Assembly: GCA_963812015.1 (NCBI GenBank)
Contig: CAWETI010000003.1
Span: 1,504,001-1,568,000 of the forward strand
Reading direction: 5' to 3'
DNA from: an uncultured delta proteobacterium
GTDB taxonomy: Bacteria; Desulfobacterota; Desulfobaccia; Desulfobaccales; 0-14-0-80-60-11
Length of the DNA: 64,000 nucleotides
The notes below the pieces were generated by a model. The model saw only the letters and a list, made by a program, of their open reading frames with translations. It did not search any database and was not told the origin of the DNA. This document shows positions 8,478-17,790 of this stretch, piece by piece. Made by a program: the position numbers and the translations under genes. The first letter of the stretch is position 1. Every line of letters starts with the position of its first letter.

Positions 8478-10913
8478 ATGCCTGAGATGGACACCCGTAA
8501 AACTCTCGCCCCGTTGGTTGCCCTCGCCGTTGCGGTCATACTCCTTGGTCTGGCCGGCTGCGCGGGGGTGGCGCCGAAGCCTTTGCCGCCGATCATCATG
8601 GAGCCGACCCCGCCCCCGCCCCCGGCGCCCGAGGCTCCCGAGATCGACGCCCGGCGTTTCGCCCCCCTCAATCAGGCTGCCAAGCAGGAGGTCGCCGCCG
8701 GGCACGTCCCCGGGGCCGTCATCCTGGTGGGCCACCGCGGCAAGACCGTGTACCGCAAGGCCTTTGGAAAACGCGCCCTGACGCCCTGCCCCCAGGCCAT
8801 GACAGTGGACACCGTCTTCGACCTGGCCTCCCTGACCAAGGTTGTGGCCACTACCACCGCCATCATGAAGTTGGTGGATCGCGGCCAGATCGGTCTCGAC
8901 AGACCTGCGGCCACCTATTGGCCGGCCTTTGCCGCCAACGGCAAAGGGGAGATCACCATCCGCCAACTCATGACCCACACCTCCGGGTTGCGCCCCGGGA
9001 TGCCTTCCCAGCCCCACTGGTCTGATTATGATGGGGCGATGGCGGCCATTGTTCAGGATCACCCGGTCTATACCCCGGGAACCCAATTCCGCTACAGCGA
9101 CGTCAATTTTATCACCCTGGGCGAGATCGTGCACCGGGTCTCGCATATGCCGCTGAGCGTCTACTGCAAGCGCGAGGTCTTCGGGCCCCTGGGTATGAAG
9201 GACACCTCGTTTGAGCCGCCGCTGAAGTTGAAACCCCGCATCGCCCCCACCGACTACCAGGGGTCTGGGCTGCGCTGGGGCGTGGTGTCGGACCCCACCG
9301 CCTATCACATGGGCGGGGTGGCCGGCCATGCCGGCGTCTTTTCCACGGCCGACGATCTGGCCATCCTGGCCCAGATGCTCATCGATGGCGGCGAAAGTCA
9401 CGGCAAGCAATTTCTCAGCCCCCAAGCCGTCGCCGCCATGACTAAACCCTACCCCATTCCAGGGAGTAACACGCAGCGCGGTCTTGGCTGGGACATCCGG
9501 TCGCCTTACAGCAAGGTCTTCAATGTGGCCTTCCCGCAAGGTTCCTTCGGGCACACCGGCTATACCGGCACCTCAATCTGGATCGATCCGCACTCCCAAA
9601 CCTTTTTAATCGTGCTCACCTCCCGCCTCCACCCCAACGGCAAGGGCAATGTCAAGCCCCTGCGGGAGAAAACCGCCGCGGCGGTGGCCGCGGCCGTGCC
9701 CATGGGGCCGCCGGCGCGCCTCGCGGCGTTAAACGACGACGACGACGATCCGGCGCTAATCGGTTTTGGCGCCAGCGACGGGCCCGAACGGGTCCGGTCC
9801 GGGATTGAAGTTTTGGCGGCCTCCAAATTCGCCCCCCTGGTCGGCAAAAACATCGGGGTGATCACCAATCACACCGGCATCGATGCGTCCGGCCGCTCGA
9901 CCCTCAAGCTGTTGCTCCAGGCCCCCGGCGTCAAAGTGCGGGCCATTTTCAGTCCGGAGCACGGTCTGTCCGGCCAGCTCGACGAGGCGGTCGCCTCCGG
10001 AAGGGATGCGGCCACCGGCCTGCCCGTCTATAGCCTGTACGGCAAGGTCAAGCGGCCCACGGCCCAGATGCTCCGGGGACTGGACGCCCTGGTCTACGAC
10101 ATCCAGGACGTCGGCACCCGCTACTATACCTATATCACCACCCTGGCCTATGCCATGGAGGCGGCGGCCGGCGCCGGCCTCGACTTCTATGTGCTGGACC
10201 GCCCCGACCCCATCACCGCCGCCAGCGTGCAAGGCCCGGTGTTGGACCCCGATTTGCGGTCCTATATCGGCTACTTCCCGCTGCCGGTGCGTTATGGCAT
10301 GACCGCCGGAGAGCTGGCGCAACTCTTTAACAAGGAAAAGGCGATTGGGGCAAAGTTGCACGTGGTGGCGATGAAGGGGTATCGACGGGAGACCTGGTTC
10401 GATAAGACCGGGCTTAAGTGGGTCAATCCATCCCCGAACCTCCGGTCCCTGACCGAGACGATCCTTTACCCCGGGGTGGGCCAGATTGAGTCCGCCAATG
10501 TGAGCGTCGGCCGGGGTACGGCCACACCTTTTGAAGTCATCGGCGCCCCCTGGATTTCGGGGGACCGGCTGGCCCGCTATTTGAGCCAGCGGCGCCTGGC
10601 CGGGGTCGTATTCGAGCCGGTGTGCTTCGTGCCTGGGGCCAGCCCCTATGCCCACCAGCGGTGCGGCGGGGTCCGGCTGCGCCTGACCGACCGGGACGCC
10701 CTCAATACGGCGGCTCTGGGCGTCGAGTTGGCCGCGGCGCTTTACCGGCTTTATCCTGGGCAGTTTCAAATCGACCGGACCGTAACCATGATCGGTTCTC
10801 GCCAGGTCATCCAGGCCATCAAACAGGGGGATGATCCCCGGGACATTCAACGCCGGTGGCTGCCGGGGTTGGATAACTTCTCCCGCCTCCGGGCCAAGTA
10901 TCTGCTCTACTGA
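8478..10913 (+). CDS. Lipoprotein fusion of a beta-lactamase-family serine hydrolase (AmiE-like) and exo-beta-N-acetylmuramidase NamZ (DUF1343)
   Basis: Lipobox LAGC; ASLTK, YSD, GHTGYTG; then ITNHTG, FSPEHG, YSLYG, DIQDVGTRYYTY, PSPNL, SVGRGT. Confidence 0.88.
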   Translation: MPEMDTRKTLAPLVALAVAVILLGLAGCAGVAPKPLPPIIMEPTPPPPPAPEAPEIDARRFAPLNQAAKQEVAAGHVPGAVILVGHRGKTVYRKAFGKRALTPCPQAMTVDTVFDLASLTKVVATTTAIMKLVDRGQIGLDRPAATYWPAFAANGKGEITIRQLMTHTSGLRPGMPSQPHWSDYDGAMAAIVQDHPVYTPGTQFRYSDVNFITLGEIVHRVSHMPLSVYCKREVFGPLGMKDTSFEPPLKLKPRIAPTDYQGSGLRWGVVSDPTAYHMGGVAGHAGVFSTADDLAILAQMLIDGGESHGKQFLSPQAVAAMTKPYPIPGSNTQRGLGWDIRSPYSKVFNVAFPQGSFGHTGYTGTSIWIDPHSQTFLIVLTSRLHPNGKGNVKPLREKTAAAVAAAVPMGPPARLAALNDDDDDPALIGFGASDGPERVRSGIEVLAASKFAPLVGKNIGVITNHTGIDASGRSTLKLLLQAPGVKVRAIFSPEHGLSGQLDEAVASGRDAATGLPVYSLYGKVKRPTAQMLRGLDALVYDIQDVGTRYYTYITTLAYAMEAAAGAGLDFYVLDRPDPITAASVQGPVLDPDLRSYIGYFPLPVRYGMTAGELAQLFNKEKAIGAKLHVVAMKGYRRETWFDKTGLKWVNPSPNLRSLTETILYPGVGQIESANVSVGRGTATPFEVIGAPWISGDRLARYLSQRRLAGVVFEPVCFVPGASPYAHQRCGGVRLRLTDRDALNTAALGVELAAALYRLYPGQFQIDRTVTMIGSRQVIQAIKQGDDPRDIQRRWLPGLDNFSRLRAKYLLY

Positions 10914-11267
10914 GGCCGTATCTGACCCAACGCCGGCCCATCCGGCCGGATGATTCGGGTTATCCCACCCCCGGGGAGATTTCTTGCCCTTTACCTCTGA
11001 AAATATTTTACAATTACCCATATCCATGCCGATAAGCTGCGGCGCTGACGATCATCCGGTTGGCGTCGGGTTCCGCCGGGGAGAACTATGCTTCCCGGAA
11101 GTTGCCGCGCCCGGGATCTTATGAGGCCAATTCCCCCGGTTGATCCTTTGGGCGCCGGCCGGGTGACTGACGGTCAATGGTTTTTGGTTCTCAAAGCCGG
11201 AGACCCGGTTAAGGCCGCTTCACCCATCGTGGCGCCTGGCTGTATTGGGGTTGAAACCTGGAGTGTC

Positions 11268-12518
11268 ATGGCAGAGCCGATCTATTCCCGCGACGACCTG
11301 AGAAACCTGGTGCAGCTCTCCTCCCTGGTCAATTCGTCCCTGGATACCCAGGAGGCCCTGAACAATGCCTTGAAGAGTGTGGAGCAGTCGTTGAACGCCG
11401 AGGTGAGTTCCATCTTTGAGGTGGACAAGGTCAAAGGGGAGCTTTTTTTTCGCCTGGCCCGGGGACCCGGCTCGGAAAAGCTCAAAAACTTGCGGCTGAA
11501 GATTGGGGAAGGCATCGCCGGGTGGGTGGCCCAGACGGAAAAGCCGTTGATCTGTCCCGATCCTTACGTGGATGCCCGGTTCTCCCGGCAGTTTGATGCC
11601 CAATCGGGTTTTTCTACCCGCTCGATCCTCTGCGTGCCCCTGAAATCCCAGGATCGGCTCGTGGGAGTGCTGGAAGTGCTCAACAAGAAAGATGGCCAGG
11701 GTTTTCATGACGATGACCTGGAAATTCTGACCATGCTGGGCAATATGATCGGTCCCGCCCTGGAGAACGCCCAACTTTACGGCCGTTTGAAGGAAAAACT
11801 CACCCTCACCATGGAAGAGTTGAAAGTGGTGGAGGACAAGTTGCTGCAAACCGAGCGCTTGGCGGCCCTGGGGAAACTCTCCAAAGGGGTGGCCCACGAG
11901 GTGCGGAACCCGGTCATGATCATCGGAGGCTTCGTCCGGCGCCTCCAAAAGCGCCTGCCCCCCGACGATCCCGCCCTGGAGATGATCGTTCCCATCCTCC
12001 AATCGGTGCGCCGGCTGGAGCGGATGGTGGCCGAAATCGAAGAGTTTACCGTCTTGTTGGAGCCGGACTTACAGCGCCGGGACCTGGCCGCGGTCATTGA
12101 CCAGGTGTTGGCGGCCTGCGCCGGGGCCCTGGAGCAGCGCCGGATTGCCGTGCAGCGCCGGGTCCCTCCGGATCTGCCCCGGATTCCCCTGGATGAGCGC
12201 CTCTTAAGCCTGGCCCTCCGCCACCTCATCGACAACGCCATGGAGGCCATGCCCCAGGGCGGTCAACTGAGCCTGGAGGTGACGCCCGAGCCCAAAGGGC
12301 TGCGCCTGATCCTGAGGGACACCGGGGTCGGCATTCCCCCCGACGACATGCCTTATCTCTTCGACCCGTTTTTCTCCTCCAAACCCGACGGCACCGGTAT
12401 GGGCCTGACCAAGGTGCACCAGGTCATCAGCGATCATCGGGGGGAAATCCAGATCACTTCGGCCCCCGGGCAGGGCACCGCAGTGAATATCTGGCTGCCC
12501 CGGTGGCTGGTCAAATAA
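11268..12518 (+). CDS. GAF-domain sensor histidine kinase
   Basis: GEGIAGWVA GAF motif, AHEVRNP H-box, NAMEAM, DTGVGI, FDPFFSSK, GTGMGL. Confidence 0.9.
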   Translation: MAEPIYSRDDLRNLVQLSSLVNSSLDTQEALNNALKSVEQSLNAEVSSIFEVDKVKGELFFRLARGPGSEKLKNLRLKIGEGIAGWVAQTEKPLICPDPYVDARFSRQFDAQSGFSTRSILCVPLKSQDRLVGVLEVLNKKDGQGFHDDDLEILTMLGNMIGPALENAQLYGRLKEKLTLTMEELKVVEDKLLQTERLAALGKLSKGVAHEVRNPVMIIGGFVRRLQKRLPPDDPALEMIVPILQSVRRLERMVAEIEEFTVLLEPDLQRRDLAAVIDQVLAACAGALEQRRIAVQRRVPPDLPRIPLDERLLSLALRHLIDNAMEAMPQGGQLSLEVTPEPKGLRLILRDTGVGIPPDDMPYLFDPFFSSKPDGTGMGLTKVHQVISDHRGEIQITSAPGQGTAVNIWLPRWLVK

Positions 12519-12672
12519 TTCAACGACAATCCCCCTCAGACGGACCGGCGGCATATTCGCCGGCAAACGGCCCCATGACCCTCGCCGCCCTTGCCAATGC
12601 CTCCCGGAAAGATTAGCATTTGGATGGTTATTAATGAAGATACTGGGTTGTTCTGAAAAGGTAAGCGATACC

Positions 12673-13029
12673 ATGGACCGATGCGCCTGTTCCAATCACC
12701 TCCACAGTTCCCCAGACCCGAACCCCCCGCCTCATGAAGACGAGCTGCCGGAGGCGTCTGATCATGACAGGGAGTCGTCCCGGTTTCCTGTATGGGGCCG
12801 GCTGTCCAGGTTTTTCCTCTGGTGGCTGATCTTTGCCGGCGTCTACGCCAGTTCTTCCGTGTGCCCCTTCTGCGGCCGGGCGGGTTGTCCGGTGGGCGCC
12901 GCCAGCGCCGGGCTGGTGGGCGGCGTCTTTGCCTTCCTGATCACCGGAGTCAAGCGACTGTTGACGTCCTTTAAACGACTTTTGCCAATTGGCCGCGCCA
13001 CCGGAGGGGTCCGGAAAACCGGGGGTTAG
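12673..13029 (+). CDS. Small membrane protein with a CPFCGxxGCP motif
   Basis: Two hydrophobic segments flanking VCPFCGRAGCPVG. Confidence 0.55.
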   Translation: MDRCACSNHLHSSPDPNPPPHEDELPEASDHDRESSRFPVWGRLSRFFLWWLIFAGVYASSSVCPFCGRAGCPVGAASAGLVGGVFAFLITGVKRLLTSFKRLLPIGRATGGVRKTGG

Positions 13030-13063
13030 CCGCTGAGGCCAGGGGGGGAGGAGATTGGGTGGG

Positions 13064-14095
13064 CTACAACCTCAGGCCCCGGTGCGCCGGGATCTTGTCC
13101 AGGAGCTGAAAATTCGTCCGCACTGAGGCTACCGGTTCCCCCACCTGGATGATGTCCGCGGCATGGACCGGCCCCAGGCGGCGGCCGGCTTCAGCCAGGT
13201 AGCGCACCCGGTGGGGATCGATCCCCATGATGCGGGCGCAGGTGGCGTCCACCGCCGGCAGATTGCGCCCCATCACCAAGACCCCGGCCGGTTTCGGGGT
13301 GCCCATGATCGGCCCGTCGCCTTCCATGCCCACAATGCCATCGACGATGGCGAATTGCGGCTTCAGGGCGCAGACAATATCAAGGATGGCCCCGTCGATG
13401 CCCGCATAATGCAGGACATTTTTCGGCCAGCCATAGTAACTCCCCGGCATGACCCCGAATAAATTCTTCATGGACAGGGTAATTCCGGCCCAGTGATGGG
13501 TTTTCAGTTTGGCCAGGGAAACCACCCAATCCACCTGCCGCAAGGTTTCAGGGAAGGTCAGGTTGACCAGGGATGAATAGCGGCTGATATTCTTCATGGA
13601 GTAACCGTGGTCATAGTTCAAATCAATAAAAGGAATCCGATCCTCCCAAAGCATTTCGGCCAGGCCGGATTCTTCTAACAACAGCAAGGTATCGCCGCAA
13701 TGCCCCGGCCCTTCGGCGACCATGACCCGATGCGCCCCGAGCTTGAGAAAAGCTTGGGCGGCGGCATAGACCACTGCCGGATGGGTATTGATATGGATGG
13801 CTCCAGGATCGGTCTCCACCAGGTTAGGCTTTAATAAAATCCGCTTGCCGTTGATTTCCCCGGGGGATATTCCCAAGGCCTTGAATCCCGAAACGATTAC
13901 CCCGGCAATATCGGCGCTATAGTTCGGCACCTTCGCAATAAAAGCCTGTTCCCGCCATTTCCGCCTGAACAGCTTCGGCCACAGGTAGAGGCCCAGAGCG
14001 GCCAAAGCCGCCCCGCCGAGACCGGCGAACAAGAACTCGCGCCGGGTGAAGCCTTTGCGGGGCAGGGTTTCAGGTCCACGCGGATGCTGGTTCAT
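13064..14095 (-). CDS. DUF362 family protein with twin-arginine-like signal
   Basis: FTRREFL, ILLKPNLV, NTHP, AKLKTH, SMKNLFG, DGIVGMEGDGP, AVDA motifs. Confidence 0.85.
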   Translation of the reverse strand: MNQHPRGPETLPRKGFTRREFLFAGLGGAALAALGLYLWPKLFRRKWREQAFIAKVPNYSADIAGVIVSGFKALGISPGEINGKRILLKPNLVETDPGAIHINTHPAVVYAAAQAFLKLGAHRVMVAEGPGHCGDTLLLLEESGLAEMLWEDRIPFIDLNYDHGYSMKNISRYSSLVNLTFPETLRQVDWVVSLAKLKTHHWAGITLSMKNLFGVMPGSYYGWPKNVLHYAGIDGAILDIVCALKPQFAIVDGIVGMEGDGPIMGTPKPAGVLVMGRNLPAVDATCARIMGIDPHRVRYLAEAGRRLGPVHAADIIQVGEPVASVRTNFQLLDKIPAHRGLRL

Positions 14096-14997
14096 GATTT
14101 CCCCGGTTCTGAAAAAATCCCTTCGAGCCCGCCGGGTGATTTTAAGGCCACCATGAGCAAGGCGAGGGAGGCCGTATCATAAGCCCCGTATCTTGCCTGG
14201 TTTTTCAGACATGCATAAATCAAGGTGGGGGACGGCTGGGGACGGGCTCCCCAGGCCCCGAGTCCCAAAAGGCTCCACCCCAGTGAGCGGGGGGTAGTTA
14301 AGCTGACGACCCTGGACTGCAAGTAGGTGAGACTGCGTTGAATGGATGCCAGCGAGGTTTGGTCTTTGAGAGCATTCAGGGCAATCCCCGTACTCAGAGG
14401 CATCGGACGCAATTCCTGGTCAAAGACGAAAGTATTGCCGTAGTTCCAGCCGCCCCGGGGTAATTGCCGGTCCAAGAGCAGGCGGGTACCCTCCTTAACC
14501 CGTTCATGGTTGCCATAGCCGGCGAGTTCGAGAGCCAGCATCGCCAGCGCGGTAGGTTCGACCCAGGCATGCGTGTCGGCAATCCAGGACCAACCCTTAA
14601 GATTAGGGTCGTGGCTGGCTGGAGAATTTGCTTCTCGTCGCCAATGCTTGCCGCTGCTGGTCAACAGGAAATGGGCTGCCCGGGCCTGATTGTCCCGATG
14701 TTCGGGGGACTGATGCCAGGCGAAGACCGCCAGGGCGGTGGGCCAGAACGCCTCGGGGTGGTCGGCAGATATGCACACCCGGCCGTCGGGGAACTGCTCC
14801 GCCGCCAGACGGGAACGGGCCCCCGCCAGCAGGGCACGGTCGGCCGGGTCGCCGGCTAGTGCAACGATGGCCCAGCAGCTTGCATCCGGTCGATAATCGC
14901 CCTCGGGGCCCGATGCGAACCCGCCCTCAGCCAGACCTCTTCCCCTTAATTGATTAATCCAAAAAGCACCTAGATCTTCTGGCATAATATCGTTCAT
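14092..14997 (-). CDS. Prenyltransferase/squalene-cyclase repeat (alpha-alpha toroid) protein
   Basis: QW-like repeats QFPDGR, QLPRGGWNYGN, GWSW...WVEPTA; ATGA overlap with the DUF362 gene. Confidence 0.7.
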   Translation of the reverse strand: MNDIMPEDLGAFWINQLRGRGLAEGGFASGPEGDYRPDASCWAIVALAGDPADRALLAGARSRLAAEQFPDGRVCISADHPEAFWPTALAVFAWHQSPEHRDNQARAAHFLLTSSGKHWRREANSPASHDPNLKGWSWIADTHAWVEPTALAMLALELAGYGNHERVKEGTRLLLDRQLPRGGWNYGNTFVFDQELRPMPLSTGIALNALKDQTSLASIQRSLTYLQSRVVSLTTPRSLGWSLLGLGAWGARPQPSPTLIYACLKNQARYGAYDTASLALLMVALKSPGGLEGIFSEPGKS

Positions 14998-15577
14998 GAG
15001 CCATACACGCTTTGTTGGTTTTCCTCAGCAGAGAGTTTAACCGGGCGATTCTTCTGATAACGATATAATCGGTTTGATACGTATTTAGCAACAATTATTA
15101 TTAAAGACAAACCTGATGATTGTCAGACTTTTGTGGGAACCGGCGCCGCCTGCCGGCTTCCAGCCTCAACCGGCCCGCCTGGCCGATCAGCATAAATAAG
15201 CATGTAAAATCAATGACCTAAGCAATTAGGCCCTTCTGGCTCGCCGTCTCTCTAAGGTTTTCCCCCCGGATAATGAGATAGTTTCCCCGAATTAAGGTCG
15301 GGAATTCCCCTAAACCACTTTCAGGGGTTTGGAGGTTAAGAATGAGGGGTGTCCTGATTTACCTCAAGCTTTGCTTGAAGCATATTCAAGGCACACTGAG
15401 CAATATTAAATAATGAGTTAAGCGAATTTGATGACGGATGTCAGGGAGGTGATGAGCCCAGGACGCCTAAGACGCTTAAAATGATTCGCAGTGGCGCAAG
15501 TTCCAAAACTTATTAACCAGGAAAAACCCAAAACCACAGGGAAGAAGCAAAACCCATAAAAAAGAGGAGAGAAAAAC

Positions 15578-15742
15578 ATGGAACGGATGAAGAATTTTTT
15601 CAAAGATGAGTCTGGTGCAACCGCGGTGGAGTATGGTCTGATGGTGGCGTTGATCGCTGCGGTTATCGTAACCATCGTTACGACCCTTGGGCAAAAAGTC
15701 AACACTGCCTTCACAACCGTAAGTAACGGTATGGCCAGCTAA
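15578..15742 (+). CDS. flp: Flp/Fap type IVb pilin, copy 1 (54 aa, absent from ORF track)
   Basis: GAGGAG RBS; MERMKNFFKDESG|ATAVEYGLMVALIAAVIVTIVTTLGQKVNTAFTTVSNGMAS. Confidence 0.93.
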   Translation: MERMKNFFKDESGATAVEYGLMVALIAAVIVTIVTTLGQKVNTAFTTVSNGMAS

Positions 15743-15807
15743 GAAGCTCCATCATGTCCAGTACAAGTATTGGGGGCATGGTCGCAGCCTTGCGAGGAGA
15801 GAAAACT

Positions 15808-15972
15808 ATGGAAGGGATGAAGAATTTTTTCAAAGATGAGTCTGGTGCGACCGCAGTGGAGTATGGCCTGATGGTGGCGTTGATCGCTGCGGTTATCGTC
15901 ACCATCGTTACTACCCTTGGGCAAAAAGTCAACACTGCCTTCACAACCGTGAGTAACTCCATGGCCAGTTAA
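15808..15972 (+). CDS. flp: Flp/Fap pilin, copy 2
   Basis: GAGGAG RBS; G|ATAVEY motif; ends VSNSMAS. Confidence 0.93.
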   Translation: MEGMKNFFKDESGATAVEYGLMVALIAAVIVTIVTTLGQKVNTAFTTVSNSMAS

Positions 15973-16037
15973 GAAACTCCAATATGTCCAGTACAAGTAT
16001 TGGGGGCATGGTCGCAGCCTTGCGAGGAGAGAAAACT

Positions 16038-16202
16038 ATGGAAGGGATGAAGAATTTTTTCAAAGATGAGTCTGGTGCGACGGCCGTGGAGTATGGTCTG
16101 ATGGTGGCGTTGATCGCTGCGGTTATCGTCACCATCGTTACGACCCTTGGGCAACAGGTCACCACTGCCTTCACAACCGTGAGTGGGGCCTTTGGCAGTT
16201 AA
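16038..16202 (+). CDS. flp: Flp/Fap pilin, copy 3
   Basis: GAGGAG RBS; G|ATAVEY motif; ends GQQVTTAFTTVSGAFGS. Confidence 0.93.
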   Translation: MEGMKNFFKDESGATAVEYGLMVALIAAVIVTIVTTLGQQVTTAFTTVSGAFGS

Positions 16203-16615
16203 GAAACGCCGTCTCAAGTGCAGTACAGGTATTGGGGGCCTGGCGGCACCCCTGCCAGGCTCGCAGGTTAAGACTGACTCGCATGGTTGATGAATCGGAA
16301 ACAAGTCTTAATCCCTTCCCCTGGTGGGATGGGATTAAGGGGCGGGGGAAGATAACTACTGGGAAGAACACTAGTTATTCACCCCCACTCCAACCCCTCC
16401 CTCAAGGGGCAGGAAATTAAGGACTTTTTCCGAGGTCATCAGGGTGCGAACAGGAAACCTTACCGGCAAGATCCGGTGAGCCGGGGAAAGCCGCAGCAGT
16501 ATCGTTAACCAAAGAGCACAATCCTGCAACTCTCTGGAGATCAGGTGTGCATGAGACCTAAAGAGCCGGAGGCAACCTTTCCGGATTTGGTTCAAACCAC
16601 AGGAGGGACCACCCC

Positions 16616-16720
16616 ATGAAGAATGAAGGCGCAAATGAGATGGTCTTGCAGACCATAGTGGCGCTGTTAGCAATGGGGTTGGCAGTATTAAGCCTCATGT
16701 GCATGGGGCGATGGGTTTAG
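16616..16720 (+). CDS. Putative 34-aa single-TM peptide in the tad operon
   Basis: AGGAGG RBS; MKNEGANEMVLQTIVALLAMGLAVLSLMCMGRWV. Confidence 0.45.
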   Translation: MKNEGANEMVLQTIVALLAMGLAVLSLMCMGRWV

Positions 16721-16765
16721 GCCCAGGCTCCAGGAAAATACCTTTAAGAGAAAGGGGTAGGGAAG

Positions 16766-17332
16766 ATGCCCGTGGCCGGTTTTTGGACCGAAGCTGTCGG
16801 TTGGATGAGTTCCCGGGGTAATCTGCTCATACCCCTGGTACTCACCGTGTGGATCGCCTGGGGCGACATGAAGACCCGGCGGATACCCAACTATCTGACC
16901 TTAGGGACGGCGGTGGCCGGCCTGGCTTTTAACTTCATGAGCAATGGCCTTTTTGGCCTGGCGGACGGGTTTTTCGGGATGCTCCTGGGCTTCGCCTGTC
17001 TCATCCTGCCCTACCTCTGGGGCGGCATGGGGGCCGGAGACGTCAAGGCCCTGGCCGCCCTGGGGGCCTGGCTGGGTCCCCGGCTCACCTTGCTCCTGTT
17101 TTGCTACATGGGGATCGCCGGGGGAATCATTGCCGTGGGTTATTTGATCTGGCAAGGGGTCCTGTGGCAGAAAATCAAGCAGGGTTGGGTATTTCTGGTC
17201 AACCTGATCCTGTCGCGTCCCGACGGTCTGCCCCCGGCTCCATCTCCTTCCCAGTTAACCGAAGGGATCCCTTACGGGGTCGCCATCGCCGTGGGGATGA
17301 TAGTCCTGGTGGGGGTGGGAGGTAAGCTGTGA
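16766..17332 (+). CDS. cpaA: Prepilin peptidase A24 (TadV/CpaA)
   Basis: D.KTRRIPN, GMGAGDVK, IPYGVAI motifs. Confidence 0.92.
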   Translation: MPVAGFWTEAVGWMSSRGNLLIPLVLTVWIAWGDMKTRRIPNYLTLGTAVAGLAFNFMSNGLFGLADGFFGMLLGFACLILPYLWGGMGAGDVKALAALGAWLGPRLTLLLFCYMGIAGGIIAVGYLIWQGVLWQKIKQGWVFLVNLILSRPDGLPPAPSPSQLTEGIPYGVAIAVGMIVLVGVGGKL

Positions 17333-17790
17333 TGCTTCAGAACCGTCTAAACTGGTCGAAACTGCGGAAGGATGAGGGGGCTGCGATGGTGGAATTCGCC
17401 ATCGCCTGCAGCCTCCTGATTATGCTGGTTTTGGGGATCTGCGAATTCGGTCTAATCTTTTACCAGAAACAAGTCATCACCAATGCCAGCCGGGAAGCGG
17501 CCCGCTACGGCGTGACCTATGTGACCGACGCTAACGGCGTCCGCCTGGCGCCACAGAATATTACGACTCCCTACACCATCACGCAGGTGGTCACCAATTA
17601 TTGTACCGGCCGCATCGCCACTGGCTCCTGGTCGACAGTGGTGTCGGGCGCCGGGTACGCCACCGGCACCCAAGGGAGCCCCATCATCGTCACGGTAACC
17701 TCCACGAACCAGATGGATCTCTTGAGCGGCTTTATCCCAAGTCTGAAGAATCTTTCGTTTACGGCCCAAACCACTATGAACTGTGAGTGA
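17329..17790 (+). CDS. tadE: TadE-like pseudopilin
   Basis: EG|AAMVEFA and NASREAARYG motifs. Confidence 0.88.
   Translation: MMLQNRLNWSKLRKDEGAAMVEFAIACSLLIMLVLGICEFGLIFYQKQVITNASREAARYGVTYVTDANGVRLAPQNITTPYTITQVVTNYCTGRIATGSWSTVVSGAGYATGTQGSPIIVTVTSTNQMDLLSGFIPSLKNLSFTAQTTMNCE

Larger units (their letters stand above)
15563..16240 (+). repeat. 230-bp tandem triplication carrying the flp genes
   Basis: Start codons at 15578, 15808 and 16038 (period 230); spacer cagtacaagtattgggggc recurs after each gene. Confidence 0.92.

Noticed and set aside
15000..15577. c-di-GMP riboswitch or sigma54 promoter ahead of flp
   Set aside because: No GGCAAA/GAAA/GACGCAAAGC pattern and no correctly spaced GG-N10-GC found by eye
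15563..16240. Tandem repeat as a CRISPR array or DGR template/variable region
   Set aside because: The units are complete pilin genes; no unique spacers, cas genes or reverse transcriptase in the window
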